A program made the translations under genes and the position numbers. A model generated the notes under the pieces. That model was not told the DNA's origin and ran no database searches. It was given only the letters and a program-made list of their open reading frames with translations. A stretch of DNA of 32,000 nt from Candidatus Latescibacterota bacterium (GTDB lineage Bacteria; Latescibacterota; UBA2968; UBA8231). Shown piece by piece: positions 7,623 through 15,332 of the stretch. How positions within the stretch are numbered: the stretch's first letter is position 1; every line of letters starts with the position of its first letter. Location: assembly GCA_965221775.1 (NCBI GenBank), contig CBDCSU010000006.1, positions 1,223,342 to 1,255,341 of the forward strand, written 5' to 3'.

Positions 7623-10454
7623 ATGCGCACCACGAGAGTGCTGACAGCCGTCGGCCTGGCGGCGCTGATCGCCGGCCCGGCCTTCGCGCAGCAGAGCCCC
7701 CCGGGGCTGGACTGGCGGCGGATCCGGACCGAGCGGTTCAACGTCATCTTCCCCGCCCGGATCACCGCCGATGCCCAACGCGTGGCCAACACGCTCGAGC
7801 ACATCTACGGCCCGGTCTCGAAGACGCTGAAAGGTCCGGAGAAGCCGGTGGATGTGGTGCTGATGAACCAGGTGGCCGAGGCCAACGGCTTCGTCGCCAT
7901 GGCGCCCCGCCGCACCGTGTGGTTCAGCACCCCGCCCCAGGGCACGGGGCTCAGCGGCGAGTGGTACCAGTTGCTGGCCGTCCACGAGATGCGCCACGTG
8001 GTCCAGAACGACCGCCTGCGCCGGGGCTTCATCCGCCTGGCGTGGCTCCTCTCCGGAGAGTTCGGCCAGAGCGCGATGAGCCACCTGCTGGTGCCGTCGT
8101 GGTTCTGGGAGGGCGATGCCGTGGGGATCGAGACGGCCCTGAGCACGACCGGGCGCGGGCGCATGCCGCGGTTCGATCTGGACATCCGGGCCCTGCTCCT
8201 CGACGGACGGCGCTACTCCTACTACAAGGCCCTCCACCGCTCGTACCGCGACTGGTATCCCAGTCACTACCCCTTGGGGTACTTCCTGACGACCTACGTC
8301 CGGCGCCACCACGGCGCCGGGACGTGGGACCGGGTTCTGGGACGCACCGCCTGGTGGGGGTTCCACCCCTTCTCCTTCAGCCGCGCCCTGAGGAAGCACA
8401 CCGGCGCCAGCGCCGCCGGCACCTACGAGCGCGCCATGGACGAGCTGACCGGCTTGTGGCAGGCGCAGCAGGAGGGCCTGGTGACGACGCCCCTGCGGGT
8501 GCTGCCCGGTCAGAGCCAGTCGGACATCTGGACCAACTACTCGTACCCGCACCCGCTGCCGGACGGCAGTGTCCTGGCGAGCAAGGTCGGACTCGCCGAC
8601 CCGCCGACCCTGGTGAGGCTCCACCCCGACGGCCGCCAGGAGCGCCTGCGCCAGTACAGTTCCCTCGGCGGCTTTCGCGTCGGCGGCGGCATCGCCGCCT
8701 GGAACCGCCGCACCCCGGACCCGCGCTGGGGCTTCCGCAGCTACTCGGACATCATGGTCCTGGAGATCGACAGCGGCCGCGCGCGCCAGCTCACCCGCAA
8801 GGCCCGGCTCTTCGCCCCGGCTCCCTCTCCCGATGGCGCCCGCATTGCCGCCGTCGAGTTCGGGCCGGACCGGCGCTGCCACCTCGTGCTGCTGGAGACC
8901 GCCACGGGCGCCGAGCAGGCCCGGTTCCCGGCCCCCGACGGGGTTTTCTGGCGCAGACCGGCGTGGTCGGAGGACGGCCGCCATATCGCCGTGGTGCGCC
9001 AGGACGAGGCCGGCAACACCCTCGAGCGCATCGACGCCGCCGACGGCCGGGGGGAGATCGTGCTGCCCCATACCCACGACGTCATCGGCTGGCCGGTCTT
9101 CCGGGGTCCCTACCTGCTCTTCGACTCCCCCCGGTCGGGGATCGACAACATCCACGCCGTCCACCTGGCGAGCGGGGCCCGCTACCGGGTGACCTCCCGC
9201 CCCCTGGCGGCGACCCGTGCGGCCGTCGCCGGAGACTCCCTCCTGTTCCAGGAGTACACCGTCGACGGCTACCGCATCGCGGCCATGGCCCTGGACCCCG
9301 CGGCCTGGACGCCGGCCGAGCAGGTCGAGGACCGCAAGGTGCGCTACTTCGAGCCGCTCATCGACCAGGAGCACGGCGGTCCCCTGTCGATGGACATCCC
9401 GCCGCGGTCCTGGCCGGTGAGCGACTATCGGCCCCTGGCGAATCTGCTCAAAGTCCACAGCTGGTCCTTCAGTACCCTGTCGCCGCTCCACTCCCTCACC
9501 CTCATTTCCCGCGATCTCCTCGATCTCAGCAGTATGAGCGGCGGCGTCGAGTACAACAGCAACGAGAGCGCCTTCAGTGCCCTGGGCGGCCTCCGCCTGG
9601 CGGCGTGGTATCCGGTGCTCAGCGTCGGCGGCCGCTGGGGCGAGCGCGCCTCGGAGTACGAGATCGACGGGGAGAAGACCAGCGACAAGTGGACCGAGAA
9701 GAGCCTGCTGCTCGGGGCCCAACTGCCCCTGGACTTCTCCCGCGGCCCCTGGAGGTCTTTCGTCCAGATGGGCGCAGGGGTGGAGTGGACGGATATCTCC
9801 GGCCAGGCGATCGAGCTGTATCCACCCGACGCGGACGGCCTGTGGGACGGGAACGGGAACGGACGCTTCGCGCCCCTGACGTACCGGCTAACCCTCGGGC
9901 GGTTGCGCCAGCCGGCGTCTCGCGACCTGGCCCCGCTCTGGGGTCAGAGACTGCAGCTGGCCCTGCGCCACACGCCCCTGGCCGGCGACTACGACGGCAC
10001 CCTGCTGTCGGGGCGGCTGGTATTTCGCTTCCCCGGTCTGGCCGCCCACCACAGCCTGCGCCTCGACGGCGGCTACGAGTGGCAGGACCCCTCCGCGGAC
10101 GACGCCCTTCCCTACCGCTTTGCCAGCGAGCTGCCCTTCGTCCGCGGCTACGGCTACCGCTTCCACCGCCGGTTCCTGCAAGGGGGCGCCAACTATGCCC
10201 TGCCGCTGCTCTACCCCGACTGGAACCTGGGCGCGCTGGTCTACGTCAAGCGCCTCAAGGTCAACCTCTTCTACGACTACGGCCGCGGCGAGGACGACTC
10301 CCTGCCTGCCAGGGTCTACCAGTCGGCCGGCGGCGAGCTGACGGCGGACTTCCATCCCTTCTCGCTGCCGATCCCGCTGGACATGGGCGTGCGCTGCGCC
10401 TACCGCTTCGAAGAGGGAGATTCGCGCTGTGAAGCAGTGGTCAATTTGCAATAG
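7623..10454 (+). CDS. Secreted/outer-membrane multidomain protein: N-terminal HExxH zincin-like domain, PD40 (TolB-like) beta-propeller repeats, C-terminal Omp85/surface-antigen-like beta-barrel region
   Basis: AAGGAG (7613-7618) precedes ATG 7623. Signal peptide MRTTRVLTAVGLAALIAGPAFAQQ. HEMRH at 7983-7997. PD40-like APSPDGARIAAVEF and PAWSEDGRHIAVV. C-terminal alternating beta-strand-like sequence with PFVRGYGYRF and LKVNLFYDYGRG, reminiscent of Omp85 barrels. The track start at 6636 is rejected because it overlaps the upstream gene. Confidence 0.8.
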   Translation: MRTTRVLTAVGLAALIAGPAFAQQSPPGLDWRRIRTERFNVIFPARITADAQRVANTLEHIYGPVSKTLKGPEKPVDVVLMNQVAEANGFVAMAPRRTVWFSTPPQGTGLSGEWYQLLAVHEMRHVVQNDRLRRGFIRLAWLLSGEFGQSAMSHLLVPSWFWEGDAVGIETALSTTGRGRMPRFDLDIRALLLDGRRYSYYKALHRSYRDWYPSHYPLGYFLTTYVRRHHGAGTWDRVLGRTAWWGFHPFSFSRALRKHTGASAAGTYERAMDELTGLWQAQQEGLVTTPLRVLPGQSQSDIWTNYSYPHPLPDGSVLASKVGLADPPTLVRLHPDGRQERLRQYSSLGGFRVGGGIAAWNRRTPDPRWGFRSYSDIMVLEIDSGRARQLTRKARLFAPAPSPDGARIAAVEFGPDRRCHLVLLETATGAEQARFPAPDGVFWRRPAWSEDGRHIAVVRQDEAGNTLERIDAADGRGEIVLPHTHDVIGWPVFRGPYLLFDSPRSGIDNIHAVHLASGARYRVTSRPLAATRAAVAGDSLLFQEYTVDGYRIAAMALDPAAWTPAEQVEDRKVRYFEPLIDQEHGGPLSMDIPPRSWPVSDYRPLANLLKVHSWSFSTLSPLHSLTLISRDLLDLSSMSGGVEYNSNESAFSALGGLRLAAWYPVLSVGGRWGERASEYEIDGEKTSDKWTEKSLLLGAQLPLDFSRGPWRSFVQMGAGVEWTDISGQAIELYPPDADGLWDGNGNGRFAPLTYRLTLGRLRQPASRDLAPLWGQRLQLALRHTPLAGDYDGTLLSGRLVFRFPGLAAHHSLRLDGGYEWQDPSADDALPYRFASELPFVRGYGYRFHRRFLQGGANYALPLLYPDWNLGALVYVKRLKVNLFYDYGRGEDDSLPARVYQSAGGELTADFHPFSLPIPLDMGVRCAYRFEEGDSRCEAVVNLQ
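9921..9987 (+). repeat. Copy A of an imperfect direct repeat (inside the 7623-10454 CDS; encodes RDLAPLWGQRLQLALRHTPLAG)
   Basis: My hand alignment to 11609-11674 gives 7 mismatches and 3 single-nt indels over about 67 nt. Confidence 0.75.
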
Positions 10455-10469
10455 CCTGGGGAATAACCC

Positions 10470-11606
10470 ATGAGACCATTCGCCTTTGTCGTGGCCATTG
10501 TCACCTTGCTCACAAGCTTCTCCGCCTGTGAGCGAGCGTCGCCAATGGCCGAGCCGGTCACAGACGAGAGCGGCGAGACTTCCATCGGCGTCGTTCTACC
10601 TCTGACTGGACGCCTGGCTGCCACGGGTCAACTCATGAAACAAGGCTTCGACCTCGCCCTCGATGAAGTCAACAGCGCACAGCTCAGTCGGAAAAAACTC
10701 AAGTTCATCATTGAAGATGATTCCAGCACCGCGGCGGGTGCGGTTGGTGCTTTCCATCAACTGATTCGCCAAGAGGGCGTCTCTGTCATTCTCGGGCCCG
10801 CGACCTCGAGCGCGACGCAGGCAGCGTTTCCGATTGCCCAGGACAATCAGGTCGTGGCCATCAGTCCCACATCGGGGGCCCGCGGTCTGAGTGCGATCGG
10901 CGATTTCGTCTTTCGCATCCCTCTCACCACAGGTGTGGTGATTCCCAAGGGCATCAAGGCGACGCAGGCGGTACTCGGCTATCAGCGGGTGGCGACGATG
11001 TATGACGAAACCGATCTGTTCTCCACGGATCGAGACGAGACCCTGCGGGAGACATTCGCTGCCAACGACATCGAGGTGCTGACGACGGAATCCTTCGAGA
11101 GCGGCGACACCGACTACTCTGCACAACTGACCCGGATCAAGGAGTTGGATCCCGATGCGATCTTCGTCTCGGCGTTGCCCCCCGAAAAGCCGGGAATCCT
11201 GATTCAAGGCCACCAACTTGGCATCACTGTTCCTTTCCTTGTCAGTTCATTGACCGACCTCGAGGTGCAAGCTGCGGGTGCCGCCGCCGAAGGCGCCATC
11301 ACTTTCATAGGGTGGCTCCCGACAGATGACGCCCCCGGAAACCAGGCCTTCGTCGAGAGTCACAGTGAGACTTTCGGCATGGAGCCGAACGCCTTCGCGG
11401 CCCTGTCGTACGCCTCTGTCCATATTCTGGCCGCGGCCATCGAGAAGGCCCCGGCAACCGATGCAATCTCCATTCGAGACGCACTCGCGGCTCTCAGAGA
11501 TCTCGACACCGTTCTGGGCAAGTTCTCCTTTGACCCCAACGGGGACGCGATCTATGAGCCGAAGGTGCTGATCGTGAAGGATGGCACACTGCAACCCTTC
11601 GAGTAG
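10470..11606 (+). CDS. ABC-transporter periplasmic substrate-binding lipoprotein, branched-chain amino acid (LivJ/Peripla_BP_6) family; orphan, with no permease or ATPase nearby
   Basis: IGVVLPLTGRLAATGQLMKQGFDLALDEVN...LKFIIEDDSSTAAGAVGAFHQLI...VSVILGPATSSATQAAFPIAQDNQVVAISPTS is the classic type I PBP/LivJ pattern. The N-terminal signal has Cys (LLTSFSAC). GC is noticeably lower than in the flanks. Confidence 0.85.
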   Translation: MRPFAFVVAIVTLLTSFSACERASPMAEPVTDESGETSIGVVLPLTGRLAATGQLMKQGFDLALDEVNSAQLSRKKLKFIIEDDSSTAAGAVGAFHQLIRQEGVSVILGPATSSATQAAFPIAQDNQVVAISPTSGARGLSAIGDFVFRIPLTTGVVIPKGIKATQAVLGYQRVATMYDETDLFSTDRDETLRETFAANDIEVLTTESFESGDTDYSAQLTRIKELDPDAIFVSALPPEKPGILIQGHQLGITVPFLVSSLTDLEVQAAGAAAEGAITFIGWLPTDDAPGNQAFVESHSETFGMEPNAFAALSYASVHILAAAIEKAPATDAISIRDALAALRDLDTVLGKFSFDPNGDAIYEPKVLIVKDGTLQPFE

Positions 11607-11608
11607 CG

Positions 11609-11674
11609 CGCGACCTGGAGCCACTCCGGGGTCAGAGTCTGCAGCTGGCCCTTTCGCCGCACGCCCTGGCGGCG
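11609..11674 (+). pseudogene. Copy B of the direct repeat: a decayed coding fragment homologous to 9921-9987 (reads RDLEPLRGQSLQLAL then loses frame similarity)
   Basis: It lies in the 85-nt gap between the binding-protein stop (11606) and the pip stop (11692). It is about 85% identical to an internal segment of the upstream barrel gene. It has no start codon and no ORF context. Confidence 0.6.
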
Positions 11675-11691
11675 TATCTCCGTGAGGCGCC

Positions 11692-12654
11692 CTACTCCCG
11701 GCCTGGCACAAAGCGCTCCACGGCGCGCATCAGCTCCCGGCTGATCCCGTCGCCGGCGTGTCCCGCGTCGTCCACGATCACCACCTCGGCGCGGGGCCAG
11801 ACCTTGCTCAGCTCCCAGGCGTTGGCGATCGGCGCCTGGAAGTCGTAGCGGCCGTTGACCAGGACTCCGGGGATGCCGGCCAGGGCTCCCGCGCCCGCCA
11901 GCAGGCAGCCGTCGTCCAGCCAGGCGTCGTGACGGACGTAGTGGGTCACCAGCCGCGCGAAGGCCAGCGCGTACGCGGGATCCTCGAACCGGGCCGCCAG
12001 CCCGGCCTTCGGCGGCCACTCGGGTGTGGCCGACTCCCACAGGCACCACTCGAAGGCGGCCCTCCGCCGCACCGCGGGATCGGGATCGAAGAGGAGCCGG
12101 TGGCAGGCGTCGACGACGTCGCGGTCGCCGGCGGCGAGGGGCGCGGCGCGCCGCAGCCGCTCCCACTGCTCTGGGAAGAAGGCGGCCACGCCGCCGCGGA
12201 AGAGCCAGTCGAACTCGGCGCGCCGGCCCGTGGTGACGCCGAAAAGGACCATCTCCGTGACCCGCTCCGGGAAGCGCTCGGCGTAGGTCAGGGCCAGGGT
12301 GCTGCCCCACGAGCCGCCGAGCACCATCCAGCGGTCGATGGTCAGGTGGCGGCGCAGGGCCTCCATGTCGTCAACGAGGTTCCAGGTGGTATTGCACGCC
12401 AGGTCGGCGCCGGGAGCGCTGGCGTGGGGCGCGCTGCGGCCGCAGCCCCTCTGGTCGAAGAGCACCACGCGCCAGGCGGCCGGGTCGAAGAGCCCCCGTT
12501 GCCAAGGCGTGCAGCCGGAGCCGGGCCCGCCGTGGACGACGACGGCCGGCTTGCCTTGCGGATGGCCGCAGCTCTCCCAGTAGACCTGGTGACCGTCACC
12601 GACGGCCAGCATCCCGTGCTCGTACGGTTCCACCACCGGCTTGCGGACCGTCAC
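11692..12654 (-). CDS. pip: Prolyl aminopeptidase (proline iminopeptidase, S33 alpha/beta hydrolase)
   Basis: YWESCGHPQGKPAVVVHGGPGSGC...VLFDQRGCGRSAPHAS...NTTWNLVDDMEALRRHL...GGSWGSTLALTYAERFPERV is near-textbook Pip sequence with the GxSxG nucleophile. The GTG start overlaps the upstream GNAT stop (GTGA). Confidence 0.9.
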   Translation of the reverse strand: MTVRKPVVEPYEHGMLAVGDGHQVYWESCGHPQGKPAVVVHGGPGSGCTPWQRGLFDPAAWRVVLFDQRGCGRSAPHASAPGADLACNTTWNLVDDMEALRRHLTIDRWMVLGGSWGSTLALTYAERFPERVTEMVLFGVTTGRRAEFDWLFRGGVAAFFPEQWERLRRAAPLAAGDRDVVDACHRLLFDPDPAVRRRAAFEWCLWESATPEWPPKAGLAARFEDPAYALAFARLVTHYVRHDAWLDDGCLLAGAGALAGIPGVLVNGRYDFQAPIANAWELSKVWPRAEVVIVDDAGHAGDGISRELMRAVERFVPGRE

Positions 12655-13058
12655 TTCTCCATGCGCAGGACGCCGACCCGGAACCCGTAGGCCCGGTAGA
12701 AGGCGAGGGCCTCCTCGTTGTGGGCGAGCACGTCGAGGCGGACCCGCTTGTCGGTCCAGATGCGGGCGTACATCCAGTCCATCATTGCCCTGGCGATGCC
12801 GCGCCGGCGATGGGTGCGCGCCACGAAGAGCTGGCGCAGGTAGTAGTGCTCGCCGTCGTCGCGGTAGAGGCAGTAGCCGACCGTCGTCCCCGCCTCCCGC
12901 GCGAGATAGCAGCTGTACCCCTCGCGCAGCCAGCCAGCCATGCGCTCGGCGAGCTGGGCGAGGTTCATGGGGTTGGGATGGCGCTCGTCCTCAATGAGCT
13001 GCCGGTTGAGCTCGGCCAGCTCTTCCACGTCGGCGGCGGTGGCCTTCTCGAAGGTCAT
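12651..13058 (-). CDS. GNAT family N-acetyltransferase
   Basis: 135 aa. Motif A LFVARTHRRRGIARAMMDWM (R/Q-x-x-G-x-A), followed by AHNEEALAFYRAYGF. Confidence 0.85.
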   Translation of the reverse strand: MTFEKATAADVEELAELNRQLIEDERHPNPMNLAQLAERMAGWLREGYSCYLAREAGTTVGYCLYRDDGEHYYLRQLFVARTHRRRGIARAMMDWMYARIWTDKRVRLDVLAHNEEALAFYRAYGFRVGVLRMEK

Positions 13059-13102
13059 GGCCCCAATATAGGTGCCTGCGCGAACCTTCTTACATTACTG
13101 TC
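13059..13102. promoter_or_regulatory. Short divergent intergenic region between GNAT-pip (-) and the Rieske oxygenase gene (+); presumed divergent promoters
   Basis: This is the only relatively AT-rich stretch locally (ccaatataggtgcc...cttacattactgtc). I cannot define confident -35/-10 elements. Confidence 0.3.
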
Positions 13103-14143
13103 ATGTCTTCGTATGGCGATCATGGGCTGCCGCCGTTCCCGGAGGGGTGGTATCTCCTCACGACCCGCGAGTCCCTTCTCCGGAAGGGACTGATCGAGAA
13201 GACCTTCCTCGGCCGGCAAGTCGTCGCCTGGTGCGACGACGAAGGCCGCGTCTGCGTGGCCGACTCCGTGTGTCCCCACCTTGGCTCGAGCCTCGGTCCG
13301 GACGTGGGCGGCCAGGTGTGCAACGGCCGACTCGTCTGTCCCTTCCACGGCTTCCAGTTCGATGCCACCGGCCAATGCGTCGCCACCCCCAACGCCCCGG
13401 CCCCCAAGGCCGCCAGACTGAGCGTCTACCCCACCCGGGAGATCCTCGGCCTCGTCTTCGCCTGGTTCGGCAGCGGCGGCCGGCCTCCGCCCTGGGACCT
13501 TCCCGCGGCCCCTCCCACCACCCCGGAGTGGAGCAAGCCGGGATTCCGGCACCTCCGCTTCCGGGGCCATCCCCAGGAGACGGGGGAGAACTCCGTGGAT
13601 CTTGGACACCTCCGCTACGTGCACGGCTACGACAATGTGCATCCCGTCGGTTCGGTCACGGTGGACGGCCCCTACCTCAAGAGTTGCTTCGACTTCAAGA
13701 GGGTCCGCAGGATCCTCGGGGTAAAGGACCTCGTGTACGAGGTCTCGGCCGTCACCCACATCCATGGACTCGGCTACTCCCTGGTAGAGATCCACGAGAA
13801 GACGATCGACATGCATGCGAGATTGTGGGTGCTCCCCACACCGGTGGATGGCACGCTCCTCGACCTCGTGCTCGTCAGCCAACTGCGCGAGATCCGCAAG
13901 CCCCGGCGGTTCATCACCGGCCTGGGTTTCCTGCCCGGCAAGCTGCGCCAGAAGTCGATGAACCAGATCCTCCTCTCCCAGCAGAAGCGGGACGTCATCC
14001 AGGATGTGGTGATCTGGGAAGGAAAGCGGTTTCGGACGCCGCCGCGGCTGTGCCGGGCCGACGGCCCCATCGGGACGTACCGCCGCTACTGCCGGCAGTT
14101 CTATCCGGAAGACCCGCCGTCGGTGGAAGACGCCGCCGAATAA
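13103..14143 (+). CDS. Rieske [2Fe-2S] non-heme-iron oxygenase, alpha-subunit type (KshA / SdmA / Neverland-PAO-like class)
   Basis: Rieske motif CPHLG...(17 aa)...CPFHGFQF, with the CPH codons at 13271-13279 and the CPFH codons at 13337-13348. Mononuclear iron motif ENSVDLGHLRYVH fits E/D-x3-D-x2-H-x4-H exactly. The N-terminal FPEGWYLL...GLIEKTFLGRQVVAW is typical of this class. Confidence 0.85.
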   Translation: MSSYGDHGLPPFPEGWYLLTTRESLLRKGLIEKTFLGRQVVAWCDDEGRVCVADSVCPHLGSSLGPDVGGQVCNGRLVCPFHGFQFDATGQCVATPNAPAPKAARLSVYPTREILGLVFAWFGSGGRPPPWDLPAAPPTTPEWSKPGFRHLRFRGHPQETGENSVDLGHLRYVHGYDNVHPVGSVTVDGPYLKSCFDFKRVRRILGVKDLVYEVSAVTHIHGLGYSLVEIHEKTIDMHARLWVLPTPVDGTLLDLVLVSQLREIRKPRRFITGLGFLPGKLRQKSMNQILLSQQKRDVIQDVVIWEGKRFRTPPRLCRADGPIGTYRRYCRQFYPEDPPSVEDAAE

Positions 14144-14255
14144 CCGGCCACACAGGTTCGCCTCCGGACCAGAGCGCGGGAAGCCACCGAGGGTACCATG
14201 CGGCGCATCGCCATGATGTACGGGTGGCGCTTCAGGAAGGCGGCGGACTGAACGG

Positions 14256-15329
14256 TTACGGCTTACGAGCCAGGAAACAGTACAGGGGCGTGAAGATACC
14301 CGCCTTGCCGCCCGAGACATAAGCCTCCGCGGTGCGGTCCAGGAGTCGGACCACTTCCGCGGAGCCCTTCGGAAAGCGCCGCAGTACTTCAGCCAGCTTC
14401 GATCCTGCGATGACCGCTTTGCGGCCCCACGGAAGCCTGCGCAAGGCCTTCCCCAACGTCCCGTGGCGGCTCTCCATGGGCTGATACCAGGGTATGGAGG
14501 GGCCTTCCTGGACGTCCAGGTCCATCCCTTCCATGACCTGGAATCCCGCGGCTTCGAGGGCGTGATTCACTTCCCCGAAGGTGGCTATGTGCTTCAGCGC
14601 AATGCCGCGCATGAGATCCCGCTTGATGGCCCGGTGCCGGTCGTCCTTCGGATTGAACTGGTCTGTCAGACACATCTCCTGACCCCAGAACAGGGCCCCG
14701 GGTTTCAGCACGCGGAATACCTCCTCGAAGGCACGTTGCTTGTCCGGCGCGTGGCACGTCGACTCGATGGCATAACCCCGATCGAAGGTGCCGTCCTCAA
14801 TGGCCCTCATGTCCATGAAGCTGCACGTCTCGAAATCGACCATGTGATCGAGCCCCGCCTCGGCGATCGACCCTCTCGCCTTTTCCAACTGCACCTCGCT
14901 GATGTTGATCCCCACGACCCTGACACCAGCCTCCCGGACGACGCGGAGCATGGGGGCGCCGACTCCACAACCAACGTCGACCACCGTCATACCCTTTTGC
15001 AGCTCCAACTTGGAGATCATCATCCGCTGATGCCGGACCTTGGATTCCTCCAGACTCTCATCAGGTGTGAGGGGCGCGAAGTGCAGGGATTCGCCCCAGC
15101 CCCATACCATGAACCCGCTGCAAAGGTCGTAATAGTCCTTCACTGTTTCAGTGTGTTCGTAGCCGCCTGCGCCACCGGGCTGCGGCGCCGCCCGGTCGAG
15201 CCAGCCGTCGAAGTGCTGCACTCGACGCGCGACGCCCGATCCCCGGTACGCATCTCTCAGATCTCTCGACAGCTTGCCCAGCCGCACCCGGTCTTTCTCC
15301 CTGGCTCCAGGAACGAGCCATGTCGTCAA
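14256..15329 (-). CDS. Sterol C-24 methyltransferase family protein (ERG6/SMT-type SAM-dependent methyltransferase with Sterol_MT_C-like tail)
   Basis: YYDLCSGFMVWGWGESLHFAP, the SAM motif VVDVGCGVGAP, YAIESTCHAPD, and the C-terminal GGKAGIFTPLYCFLARKP. These match my memory of yeast Erg6: YYNVVTDFYEYGWGSSFHF, LDVGCGVGGP, YAIEATCHAP, GGKSKLFTPMMLFVARKP. The track start is TTG 15329, 3 nt after the upstream stop; an in-frame GTG about 40 nt downstream is an alternative. Confidence 0.9.
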   Translation of the reverse strand: MTTWLVPGAREKDRVRLGKLSRDLRDAYRGSGVARRVQHFDGWLDRAAPQPGGAGGYEHTETVKDYYDLCSGFMVWGWGESLHFAPLTPDESLEESKVRHQRMMISKLELQKGMTVVDVGCGVGAPMLRVVREAGVRVVGINISEVQLEKARGSIAEAGLDHMVDFETCSFMDMRAIEDGTFDRGYAIESTCHAPDKQRAFEEVFRVLKPGALFWGQEMCLTDQFNPKDDRHRAIKRDLMRGIALKHIATFGEVNHALEAAGFQVMEGMDLDVQEGPSIPWYQPMESRHGTLGKALRRLPWGRKAVIAGSKLAEVLRRFPKGSAEVVRLLDRTAEAYVSGGKAGIFTPLYCFLARKP

Positions 15330-15332
15330 TCG

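Noticed and set aside
10470-11606. Treating the LivJ-type binding protein as part of the sterol/efflux system or of an ABC operon
   Set aside because: No permease or ATPase genes are in the window. The gene is separated from the efflux locus by the unrelated pip-GNAT genes. No sequence feature suggests lipid binding.
14144-14255. A bidirectional terminator between the convergent Rieske and SMT genes
   Set aside because: I found only a trivial 4-bp stem (ggcg-cat-cgcc) and no convincing GC-rich hairpin with U-tracts.
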